A DNA stretch of 29,650 nucleotides, from the NCBI GenBank assembly GCA_040754655.1, contig JBFMCE010000051.1, positions 1-29,650 on the forward strand. The letters run 5' to 3'. How positions within the stretch are numbered: the stretch's first letter is position 1; every line of letters begins with the position of its first letter. The stretch comes from Bdellovibrionota bacterium (GTDB lineage Bacteria; Bdellovibrionota; UBA1018; UBA923). The notes below the pieces were generated by a model. That model did no database searches. It saw only the letters and a list, made by a program, of their open reading frames with translations, and had not been told where the DNA came from. The position numbers were made by a program, and so were the translations under genes. This document shows, one piece after another, positions 7,935 through 16,441 of this stretch.

Positions 7935-9314
7935 ATGACAGACTATCGGGTTCTTGTGATCGAAGACAGCCCAGAGATTTCTCTGCTCATTCAAGAGCTC
8001 TTAGAGTCGCAAGGCTATATCGCTGATACGGCGAACAGTGTCGAAACGGCGGAAAGGCAACTTGAGGCTCATGAATTCGATTATGATTGCGTATTGCTCG
8101 ACTACCGACTCGGTGACGAAGATGGAAGCCAGCTCTTGGGAAGCATCTTGGGACGGAATCCCGCGCAATCCGTAATCGTCATGACGGCTTATGGAACCAT
8201 CGAGAAAGCTGTCGAGACTCTGAATCAAGGCGCGCTTAATTACATTACCAAACCCTTCGACAATCCACAGCTCTTGCACTTCGTAGAACAGGCATGCGAA
8301 CGTTCCGCTTTGAAGAAAGAAAATCGGCGGTTGCAAACCATGCTGACTGGCAAACCCCCGATCGAAAGCATCATCGGTACGAGCCCAATGATGATGAAGC
8401 TTTACGAGCAAATTCGCCAGGTGGCCCAAGTCGACAGCACGGTGCTGATCACTGGGGAATCGGGCACGGGCAAAGAGTTGGTGGCGCGAGCGCTGCACGA
8501 CTTGGGAACGCGGGCGAAGAACCGCTTTGGCGCGATCAATTGCGGCGCGATTCCCGCCAATCTTCTTGAGTCTGAGCTCTTCGGACATAAACGGGGAGCA
8601 TTTACGGATGCCAGGACCGACAGGAAAGGGCTTTTTGAAAGCTGTAACACCGGGTCATTGTTCCTCGACGAAATCGGGGAGATGCCGATTGAGTTGCAGG
8701 TAAAGCTTCTTCGCGTCCTTCAAGAAAAAGAAATCGTCCCTCTAGGCACCGACAAGTCAGTCTCGGTCGACGTGCGCATCATCACCGCCACCAACAAGAA
8801 CCTTCGCGAAGAAGTCAGGAAAACAAAATTCCGCGAAGACCTTTTCTTTCGGATCAACGTCATCCCTCTGCACGTGCCGGCCTTGAGGGAGCGAAAAGAA
8901 GATATCCCGCTGCTCGCTCATCACTTTCTTTGGCAATACTCGAAACAATTCGGCAAGAAGATGGAGCCTATCCCGGAAGAAATCATGCGAAAACTTGTCG
9001 CCTATGATTGGCCCGGAAACGTGCGCGAACTTCAAAATAATATTGAACGCGCCGTCGTGATGTCGGTAGACGGGCGCTTGCACACCGAACATATTTTCAT
9101 GGATACCATGCTCAGCGGAGCGACTGATGGCCCTCGATCTGAGCCCTTGCTGCCGTATTCTGAGGCAAAAGAGCGGTTCGAGAAGAATTACTTGGATCAT
9201 CTTTTAGAGGCCGCCGGCGGCAATATCACCGAAGCGGCTCGGTTAGCGGGCAGATACCGTGCCGACATTTATCGACTGCTCAGCAAGTATCATTTCAAGC
9301 ATTCGAAAAGATGA
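7935..9314 (+). CDS. Sigma54-dependent response regulator (NtrC/AtoC family; REC-AAA+-Fis HTH)
   Basis: Receiver domain (IEDS, LLD, MTAYG, KPF), Walker A GESGTGKE, GAFTDA loop, Walker B LFLDEIGEM, FREDLFFR, WPGNVREL and a C-terminal HTH. Confidence 0.96.
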   Translation: MTDYRVLVIEDSPEISLLIQELLESQGYIADTANSVETAERQLEAHEFDYDCVLLDYRLGDEDGSQLLGSILGRNPAQSVIVMTAYGTIEKAVETLNQGALNYITKPFDNPQLLHFVEQACERSALKKENRRLQTMLTGKPPIESIIGTSPMMMKLYEQIRQVAQVDSTVLITGESGTGKELVARALHDLGTRAKNRFGAINCGAIPANLLESELFGHKRGAFTDARTDRKGLFESCNTGSLFLDEIGEMPIELQVKLLRVLQEKEIVPLGTDKSVSVDVRIITATNKNLREEVRKTKFREDLFFRINVIPLHVPALRERKEDIPLLAHHFLWQYSKQFGKKMEPIPEEIMRKLVAYDWPGNVRELQNNIERAVVMSVDGRLHTEHIFMDTMLSGATDGPRSEPLLPYSEAKERFEKNYLDHLLEAAGGNITEAARLAGRYRADIYRLLSKYHFKHSKR

Positions 9315-9447
9315 TTGCCTTCGCCGTTTTCCAAGTCATGAAAAGTCTCGTCAAACGGCGTGCGGTCAAGCTTCCCTAAAAATCCTTTATTCTCGTTTTG
9401 CTTTCGTTTCATCTTCATATTCTTTGTATTGATGCAAGCGATGTACC

Positions 9448-10017
9448 TCAGGCCGACTTCTTGTCTTCAGGTTTCGAGCTTGCATTTTGATCAAAGAAGA
9501 AAATATTTCGGGGAAGCGCCAAGCTGCCGTCTGGAAGCTCATCTGAAGCGGCAATCACAACAGGACGGCCTGCTTTGAGCCATCTTTCGGCGCTCCAGAG
9601 CGCACGACGTTGCGGGGAAATATGCTCGAGCGCCTGGAGTCCTATAACCGCTAAAAATGAACCCGTCAGCAAGATGCCGAAGGCTGCGGCCGCGATAGAG
9701 AACGGCGAGGGTCGAGTCGTTGTAAAGACATTGATTGAAAAGAGCGCAACCGCGGCTCCGACGATCATCCCTAAGATCCCCAATATAAGAAGTTTTTTCC
9801 ATTTCTCTTCTGAATAAGCCTTCTCACGATCAAATGAAATTTCGCCAACAGAGATGGCCTCATCCTCGGTACGCAAAAGATCGGCGTCGTAGACATGCAA
9901 ATCGGCAGGCTTTGTGAGAATTCGAGACGAAACCAAAGTGGGACAAGTCATGGCAAACTTGTCTTGTAGTGCTTTTGCTTCGTTTAGACTGTGACAGCGC
10001 GCGACGTAGACAACCAT
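9448..10017 (-). CDS. Hypothetical two-TM membrane protein
   Basis: Two Gly/Ala-rich hydrophobic helices flanked by alpha/beta segments. Probable start at ATG 10017 (MVVYV) with SD AAGGAGG; the ORF track starts at 10053. Confidence 0.7.
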   Translation of the reverse strand: MVVYVARCHSLNEAKALQDKFAMTCPTLVSSRILTKPADLHVYDADLLRTEDEAISVGEISFDREKAYSEEKWKKLLILGILGMIVGAAVALFSINVFTTTRPSPFSIAAAAFGILLTGSFLAVIGLQALEHISPQRRALWSAERWLKAGRPVVIAASDELPDGSLALPRNIFFFDQNASSKPEDKKSA

Positions 10018-10082
10018 TCGCCCTCCTTGGGTTGCCTTGGTCTTATGCTGCAAAATATAGACCTCTATGTTAGAAGCCCGTC

Positions 10083-11627
10083 ATGATCTTAATGCGACGC
10101 ACAGTAAGATGCTTTTTTCTAGGTTTCTTTTTTATTATTTTGACCGCCCAAACCAGCTTCAGTGAATTCAAATTCAGGTTGAACGAAGACTTGGGAACCC
10201 TTGACTGGGGTTATGGAGAAATCAACGGAACGATCGTCCAGCAACTCATGGAAGGGCTGACTCTCTCGGATAAAGACGGGAAACCTGTTCCCGCGATAGC
10301 TAAAAAATGGAGGTTCATGCCCGGCAAACAACCTTCGTTCATTTTTCACCTCGATCCAAAATCCGCGTGGTCAGACGGAGCGCCCGTATGCGCGCAACAT
10401 TTCATCGATGCTTGGAAAAGGGTGCTTGATCCGGGCTTTGCCTCTCCGTATGCACATTATCTTTTCGACGTGAAAAACGCGAAGGCGTTTCATTCAGGGA
10501 AGGAAAGAGATGCCTCAACCCTGGGGCTAGAGGCGCTAGGCTGTCACACGTTGAAGGTATTGCTCGAAAAACCTGCTTCGTATTTCGCGGCCATCACGAG
10601 CCATTGGGTTCTTTTTCCGATCAGGAAAGATCTGATTGAGAACGCCCCGCGCGAATGGACGCGCCCCGGAAAACTCGTCGTAAATGGCCCTTATTTGCTG
10701 AGCGAGTGGGCGCCGGACCAGCATTACGTCTTGAAGAGAAACCCTAAGTACCATGGCAGACCCGCTTTCGAAGAAACCTTGAAGGCGGTGGTTGTTCGGG
10801 AAGATGCTACTGCATTCAATTTATTCCAAGACAAGAGATTGGATTGGGTGAAAGACCTGCCGTTCCTCGAAAAGCCAAGATTGTCATCAACGCCGGAGTA
10901 CAAACTCTTTCCGACCCTCGTTGGCTATCACATCGGCTTTCGGCCAGACGTTCCTCGGAACATTCGCTGCGCGCTCTCAAAGTCATTGAACAAAGATGAG
11001 ATCCCGCAGGTGCTCAAAGGAGGCGAGACTCCGGCCTGGGGCGTGGTTCCGGCCGAACTCGCGAGATACGCGCCAAAATCTCACTACGACCCGGTTCAAG
11101 CGAAAAAACTTTGGGACCAGACCGAGGATAAAACTTGGGAAGCGCACTATTATTCAAAAGACATCCACACGCCGCTCATGGAGTGGGCTCAAAGCCAGTG
11201 GAAGAAAAACCTGGGCGCCGAAGTGAATCTAAAGAGGATGGAAGGGAAAACCTATTGGTCTTTTCTGCAAAAATCGCCTCCTCAGATTTTCTTGAGCGGA
11301 ACCACCGCCGCATACGCGCACCCGTATACTTTTTTATCTGAATTCCTGTCTCAGAGCCATGCCAACTGGGGACGCTTCGCCAGCGCTCCCTATGATAGGG
11401 CAGCCATGAAAACTTCTGAGCTTCTGGCCGGTTCTCAATTGAAGCCTTGGGTTGAAAAGGCGCAAAAGATCTTGATTGAAGACCAATGCGCCGTCATCCC
11501 GCTCTACTTTCGCCAAACCGCCTCTCTTGTCTCAAAAGACTGGAATGGATTTCACGTCAATCCAATGACTTATGTTTATTTAAAAGACGTTCGAAAGCGG
11601 ACGCCTGACATGGCGACGAAACCTTGA
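10083..11627 (+). CDS. oppA: Peptide ABC transporter substrate-binding protein (family 5, OppA-like)
   Basis: QLMEGLT, PAIAKKW, WSDGAPV, AWKRVLDP, NGPYLL, RNPKY and IPLYF motifs of SBP family 5; N-terminal signal. Confidence 0.88.
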   Translation: MILMRRTVRCFFLGFFFIILTAQTSFSEFKFRLNEDLGTLDWGYGEINGTIVQQLMEGLTLSDKDGKPVPAIAKKWRFMPGKQPSFIFHLDPKSAWSDGAPVCAQHFIDAWKRVLDPGFASPYAHYLFDVKNAKAFHSGKERDASTLGLEALGCHTLKVLLEKPASYFAAITSHWVLFPIRKDLIENAPREWTRPGKLVVNGPYLLSEWAPDQHYVLKRNPKYHGRPAFEETLKAVVVREDATAFNLFQDKRLDWVKDLPFLEKPRLSSTPEYKLFPTLVGYHIGFRPDVPRNIRCALSKSLNKDEIPQVLKGGETPAWGVVPAELARYAPKSHYDPVQAKKLWDQTEDKTWEAHYYSKDIHTPLMEWAQSQWKKNLGAEVNLKRMEGKTYWSFLQKSPPQIFLSGTTAAYAHPYTFLSEFLSQSHANWGRFASAPYDRAAMKTSELLAGSQLKPWVEKAQKILIEDQCAVIPLYFRQTASLVSKDWNGFHVNPMTYVYLKDVRKRTPDMATKP

Positions 11628-11639
11628 TTCGCTTGGCGG

Positions 11640-12269
11640 TTAATGAAAGTGCAGTTCTTCGGCCCCGGCTTCGTTGACGTCAGGGCTTTTCGCAGGAGCT
11701 TGCGCTTCCTGGCCATCAAAGATGCCCCGGCGCGTGAAGAAAACCTCTTCGGCAGCGCCCGGTTTGACCGGACCTTGACCGGTATTGGCCTGCGCGTCAG
11801 CAGGCTTCGCAGATGGAGGTTTCGCATCGGCGCTGGCGGTCGACGATCCCAACGCCCGGTCGGGTTCTTTTTTGGGACCGGCGGCGTCAGGTTCGGCAGC
11901 CGCCGGACCTTTTTCAGCAAGCTCTTCTTCTTGGTCACCTTCGATCGCCAGTGAGCTCCTCATTTTTGAAAGCTTGTTTTTCTTCTGAGCGATTTTTTTC
12001 ATGTAGTCTTTCGCGATCGTCGCCACTTGTTTTTCGGTCTGCCGCACCTCACTTGCGTAGGCCTTATAGGAATCTGCGAAAAGCTCTTTGTGCAAGGCCG
12101 CGCGCTCATCCACGCTCAAGGGCTTCTTAGCTTGATGTGCTTCATCAACACGCCTGGTGTACTCACGGTAGGCTTTTGCATAAGCCTTCATGTACTCACT
12201 CTCAGCTAGGCCGAGCTGAGGCGCCAAAACCGTTAAAAGCATCGGCAATAATTGTTTAATTACAAGCAC
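11640..12269 (-). CDS. Hypothetical secreted protein with a helical N-domain and a low-complexity tail
   Basis: GTG start with SD GGGGAG; signal peptide; charged helical region followed by an A/P/E/K-rich tail. Confidence 0.7.
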   Translation of the reverse strand: MLVIKQLLPMLLTVLAPQLGLAESEYMKAYAKAYREYTRRVDEAHQAKKPLSVDERAALHKELFADSYKAYASEVRQTEKQVATIAKDYMKKIAQKKNKLSKMRSSLAIEGDQEEELAEKGPAAAEPDAAGPKKEPDRALGSSTASADAKPPSAKPADAQANTGQGPVKPGAAEEVFFTRRGIFDGQEAQAPAKSPDVNEAGAEELHFH

Positions 12270-12357
12270 TTAAAAGCTCCCCAAAAACTTGCCCATTTCC
12301 TGACTAAAATGATAAACTTTATACTTAGAGAAAACAAGGGAGTGGGGGAAATTCCTT

Positions 12358-13668
12358 TTGTTAGCGGAAAAACTTGCTGGGTGTAAAACCCAGCGCCTTA
12401 AGTTTATTGGCCTTTTTTTTGCCTTAAGCCAAGCAGTGGTGAGCCTTGCGCTTGCGCAAAGCGCTCCTCAGCCAAGTTCTGCCACCGCCAATAATCCAAC
12501 CGATCCTTCGAGCATGAATGTGCCATGCTCTGAACGACCTGAATTCGGAAGACGGGCCTGCACGGCGGTCAAAAATGAAATCAGCCAGTATCTCTCGGCC
12601 CGAATTGGCCATGTGATCCATTATTTTTATGAAGGAGCGATGGTCGAGTTCAAGGAAGGCGCTATGGCGGCAACCCCTGGCAGTGGGTCTCAAGATCCGG
12701 GATTCTGCAAAGTCCTCGATACCGCGGTGCCAGTTTGTGAGATCAAATCAGGCGAACTTGCGCGAAACACGCATAAAAGCGGGCAATCTTGTCGAAACCC
12801 TCTCAACGGAAACGAATTCTGCGTCTTCACCCGCCAAGGGATGGACCTTGCCTCATGCGGGCGCGAACTTGCTTGGATCAGGGGCTTTCGCGTCTCGTTG
12901 CTTGAGATGCACCGACAAGCGGTGCTCAATGAGATCCAGGCGGGGGTATTGAACCTCACCGAGATCGGCGGAGCACGCGTCTGCGGCCAGATCGCGCAAA
13001 ACATCCTGGGCGCGACAAGGCAAATTGATGAGGCGGAAGAGTCCGTTCGCGAACGCTACGCCGACGCGAAAGAAAAGCTCAACACCTCTGAAGCCGAGGG
13101 ATGTCTCGGGATAGAAAATGAAAACCAAGTGACAGGCACCGGCACCACCAACAGAGAGCTTGCGACGCAACAATCAAAATCACTGGCCCAAAGGGTGATC
13201 GACCGTTTCTTCAAACCTGTCAGAGATGAGAAGAAGTTCATGGCAGGCAACGATGAAAAACGCATTTCTCACGCGGCCTGCAACCTTGCGATCGCGCGCT
13301 TTCAGACCCAGTCGATGTTCACGAAACTTGCTCAATGCGAAGTCATGATGCGGGCGAAGCGAGACTTTTATGAAGACCACCTCAAAGCCGACGTGATCTT
13401 CAGGCAAATCCTCGCCGAAGTGGTCGACCCCTGCATCAGATACGTCGATGAAAACTCTGGCCTGTTGCAAGAATGCGACGACGAGGCTGAGTGCATCGAT
13501 CTTTTCAACCGATGTTACCGAGGCGAACGCCCTCAAGCGACCCGAGGGATCGCAAACTTCTTTCAGCGCTACAGCCAACGCCACTTCGCAACGAACCAGC
13601 CCACCCAACGACGACCGTTGCCAGGATTGGATATCCCATTTAGCGAGGTGCCCGTATGCGGTCAATAA
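12358..13668 (+). CDS. Cys-rich secreted hypothetical protein
   Basis: TTG start after a G-rich SD; signal ending ALA-Q; 16 Cys in the mature part; overlaps the next gene by 13 nt. Confidence 0.75.
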   Translation: MLAEKLAGCKTQRLKFIGLFFALSQAVVSLALAQSAPQPSSATANNPTDPSSMNVPCSERPEFGRRACTAVKNEISQYLSARIGHVIHYFYEGAMVEFKEGAMAATPGSGSQDPGFCKVLDTAVPVCEIKSGELARNTHKSGQSCRNPLNGNEFCVFTRQGMDLASCGRELAWIRGFRVSLLEMHRQAVLNEIQAGVLNLTEIGGARVCGQIAQNILGATRQIDEAEESVRERYADAKEKLNTSEAEGCLGIENENQVTGTGTTNRELATQQSKSLAQRVIDRFFKPVRDEKKFMAGNDEKRISHAACNLAIARFQTQSMFTKLAQCEVMMRAKRDFYEDHLKADVIFRQILAEVVDPCIRYVDENSGLLQECDDEAECIDLFNRCYRGERPQATRGIANFFQRYSQRHFATNQPTQRRPLPGLDIPFSEVPVCGQ

Positions 13669-14519
13669 CTCGGGCGCTGCTTCCAATGGCAACTCTAACG
13701 GCTTCGATATTCTTCATCGGATGCGATAGCGATCCACTGCTTGCTCCAACCCTGGGAAACGCTGATTACTGCATCTTAAATGGCCAACCCGCCCGAAGAA
13801 ACTCGACCGGCGGCGCGACCGAATGCAGACGCTCAGGAGAAGGCATCGACTCAGCCTTTGAGCAATGCGCCCAAAGCGCAATCGCCCCTTGCGCTGAGCT
13901 GGAAGTAGCGCCGCCCGGCCCATTCACTGTCGTAGAGCTTTCAGAAATCGATAATCAATTGCAGCAGCTCGCGGACGTAAGGGCGGATTCAGGAAATCAA
14001 ATCGTCGAAAAAGGCGACCCCAAGAAAAACCAAGCCTCTTCCTTGGCGAGCGCCAGCAACGACAAGCGTTTTTCATCGAAGAAGTCTCAACAGAACGATC
14101 CTCATAGGCGTTCAGGAGTCGGTGACGCAAAAGGATCAACTCAAAATCGATTTGCGGATGGCTCTTCTGGCCAGTCTGACGCGTCTAAAGAAGCGGCAAA
14201 CTTCGCAAACCAAAAAGATGGCTTCGGAAGCGATTTTGAAAACAAAAACTCAGGCCAGGCCAAGAAAGACGAGGCCAACGCGAGCACTGAAGAATCAAGA
14301 AAACTCGCGGGCTCCGGCGGACCTGGTCGTTTCGTCGCCTCGAATTCAGAACCCAGCGGCGGATTGGGTTACGGGAGCTTCGACAGTTCAGCTCCGGTGA
14401 GCATCTCTGCGGGCACGGAAACCATCGACTACTTCAAACGCGCGGGCAAACTGACTCTATTTGAAGTCGTGAACAAGCGTTACGATAAATGGGGCCGCAC
14501 GCTCAATCCTAAAAACTAG
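13656..14519 (+). CDS. Hypothetical lipoprotein with a low-complexity linker
   Basis: Lipobox FIGC; 4-Cys N-domain; S/G/K/N/D-rich middle; C-terminal LFEVVNKRY helix; SD GAGGTG. Confidence 0.75.
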   Translation: MRSITRALLPMATLTASIFFIGCDSDPLLAPTLGNADYCILNGQPARRNSTGGATECRRSGEGIDSAFEQCAQSAIAPCAELEVAPPGPFTVVELSEIDNQLQQLADVRADSGNQIVEKGDPKKNQASSLASASNDKRFSSKKSQQNDPHRRSGVGDAKGSTQNRFADGSSGQSDASKEAANFANQKDGFGSDFENKNSGQAKKDEANASTEESRKLAGSGGPGRFVASNSEPSGGLGYGSFDSSAPVSISAGTETIDYFKRAGKLTLFEVVNKRYDKWGRTLNPKN

Positions 14520-14583
14520 CCAGTCTCTTGACGGATAGCGTCTTCTGAGGTTGCATTCTGGATCAAGACCTTGGGGGACCTTA

Positions 14584-15882
14584 ATGGGAAAAACTGATTT
14601 CGCGCCAATCTTGCTTTTAACAATAGCCCTGACCAGCGCAAGTTGTTCCAGCCGAAGCAATCACGGCAAAGAACTTGCTCATCAAAAAGAAGATCATGAG
14701 CTTGGCCTTTTTCACATTGTCACCCCAACGCAGCTCGAAAAATCCGGCTCGATGCCGAACGAGGGCGGCATCTCAGAAGTCATTCGCGTGGGCGCCAGAG
14801 CTTTAGAGTGGCTGACTCTTCTTCAAAAAAACACGCCCATGGCCCAACGCACCCAGGTTTGGAAAAAAGAGAGTTCCATCGGAAGAGAATTTTCGCCGGA
14901 ATATCCGTTGATTTACAATGACGCCATCATTCTAGAAGAATTCAATTCAACCTTTGCAAGACTTCCATTGTCGGCGCAACAGGTGCTCTTGGATGCAACA
15001 ATAGGCTTACCCGAATCCGCGCCAAGCGACGTCTCGCACGATGAGCTTATTGGCTTCCTGAGCGCGATCTTCAGCTCTTACTCCCAGGCAAGCCGATGGC
15101 TTTCGCTTTACGATAAAAGAGATGCCTACAAACAAGGCCCGAGAGATGTACGGCCCTGGCTTAAGCTTCGTGATAGAGAGACCGCGCTCAAGGAATTGAT
15201 TTGGAAATGGGATGTGATCTCACCGGAAGAGCGCATGAAATTCGTCGATGAGCTCGCCGGCTCCTGTCCTTTCGCGGTCTCGAAAGAAAAGCAGGCCTGC
15301 ATTAAAGAGTACGAACGCTTAGCGGAATCAATGTTCGCAGGCACCAGGGCCTTTCGTTGGCTCAATGAGCTTATCCGCCAAGGCAAAGAGCGTTACGAAG
15401 AGAAATTTGCGATAAAAAGGGCCAATCAAGGATTGCGCACCTCGTCTGTGGGTGCTCTTAAGAAAATTGAGCTCGGCGTATTTGGGATAGACCGGGAACT
15501 CTTGCAATGGATGCAGGAACAAATTGCCCAATCATGGAATTTCCCGGGCCTTCTCACGGTCGAACTCTATGAAGCCCAGACAGAGACCGAGCAGTCCCTC
15601 GTCGTAGAATGGAAAAGCGGGGAAATGCCGCGTGTCCCGCAAACAGGCGGCAACGTCATTGTAATGGACGCCAACACGCCCCGCTGGCTTGAATACACGA
15701 ACGTCACCTTTCGCCATGAATTCGGGCATATCCTGGGTTTCGGCGACTGTTACACGGAATTCTGGGATGAAGAGTTGCGGGCTTTCACTTTCTATTCTTT
15801 TGATCCCACTAACGCGATGTGCGCACTCAGCGGCGATTATCAAGAGCGTCATTACAAGGCTTTGGTCGAGAGGTACTTTTAG
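14584..15882 (+). CDS. Metzincin-type zinc metalloprotease, probable lipoprotein
   Basis: HEFGHILGFGD (HExxHxxGxxD) plus a downstream NAM Met-turn; hydrophobic signal ending SASC. Start at ATG 14584 with SD GGGGG. Confidence 0.75.
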   Translation: MGKTDFAPILLLTIALTSASCSSRSNHGKELAHQKEDHELGLFHIVTPTQLEKSGSMPNEGGISEVIRVGARALEWLTLLQKNTPMAQRTQVWKKESSIGREFSPEYPLIYNDAIILEEFNSTFARLPLSAQQVLLDATIGLPESAPSDVSHDELIGFLSAIFSSYSQASRWLSLYDKRDAYKQGPRDVRPWLKLRDRETALKELIWKWDVISPEERMKFVDELAGSCPFAVSKEKQACIKEYERLAESMFAGTRAFRWLNELIRQGKERYEEKFAIKRANQGLRTSSVGALKKIELGVFGIDRELLQWMQEQIAQSWNFPGLLTVELYEAQTETEQSLVVEWKSGEMPRVPQTGGNVIVMDANTPRWLEYTNVTFRHEFGHILGFGDCYTEFWDEELRAFTFYSFDPTNAMCALSGDYQERHYKALVERYF

Positions 15883-15964
15883 CCGCGCTCTACCGCGGCA
15901 CGACAACACTTTAATTCCCAGCACATATTGCCTCTAGAGCGGGTTGGCCTAGAATAAACCATAG

Positions 15965-16441
15965 ATGTCGCTAAGGATTGGCTACACACTATTGGTTTTT
16001 CTCATCCTCTCAGGGTTCACTTTTCCTGAACTTCCCACCGAGTCTCGCGGCATTTATCGATTCAAGAACGCGAATCAAGGTGAATCACGGAATCAATTCG
16101 CCCTGCACTCAACGACTTCAGACGCATCGATTGAAGCGCGATTTCAACTCACCGTGGGCTTTAGGCCTTCGGTTTTCAGAGACCTCTCCGAATCCGCATC
16201 AAGGCAAGACAAGGCAAAAGCCTTAGTCGATTTCCTCGCGAAGAATCTCGATCGCTTCCACGAAGGTTTGGTGAACGTCTCGGTCTCTGACATCTATGTA
16301 GACATCAGGGAAGTCATCCTGGATGTCGAAGTAAGCGCTTCTTTGGATGCCGCAAGGGTACGCACGGAACTTCTTAAAAAATTAAACAGACGTCCTGAAA
16401 CCTTATTCGCTGGCGAACCCAGCATCATAACCATCGAATGA
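15965..16441 (+). CDS. Exported protein resembling a subtilase prodomain (I9/fervidolysin-prodomain-like)
   Basis: N-terminal hydrophobic signal; QLTVGFRPSV and ELLKKLNRRPETLFAGEPSII resemble the first strand and final helix-strand of S8 prodomains; ATGA overlap with the S8 gene. Confidence 0.6.
   Translation: MSLRIGYTLLVFLILSGFTFPELPTESRGIYRFKNANQGESRNQFALHSTTSDASIEARFQLTVGFRPSVFRDLSESASRQDKAKALVDFLAKNLDRFHEGLVNVSVSDIYVDIREVILDVEVSASLDAARVRTELLKKLNRRPETLFAGEPSIITIE

Noticed and set aside
9322..9360. 8-bp inverted repeat CGCCGTTT/AAACGGCG after the regulator gene as a terminator
   Set aside because: 23-nt loop and no adjacent U-tract; too weak to call.
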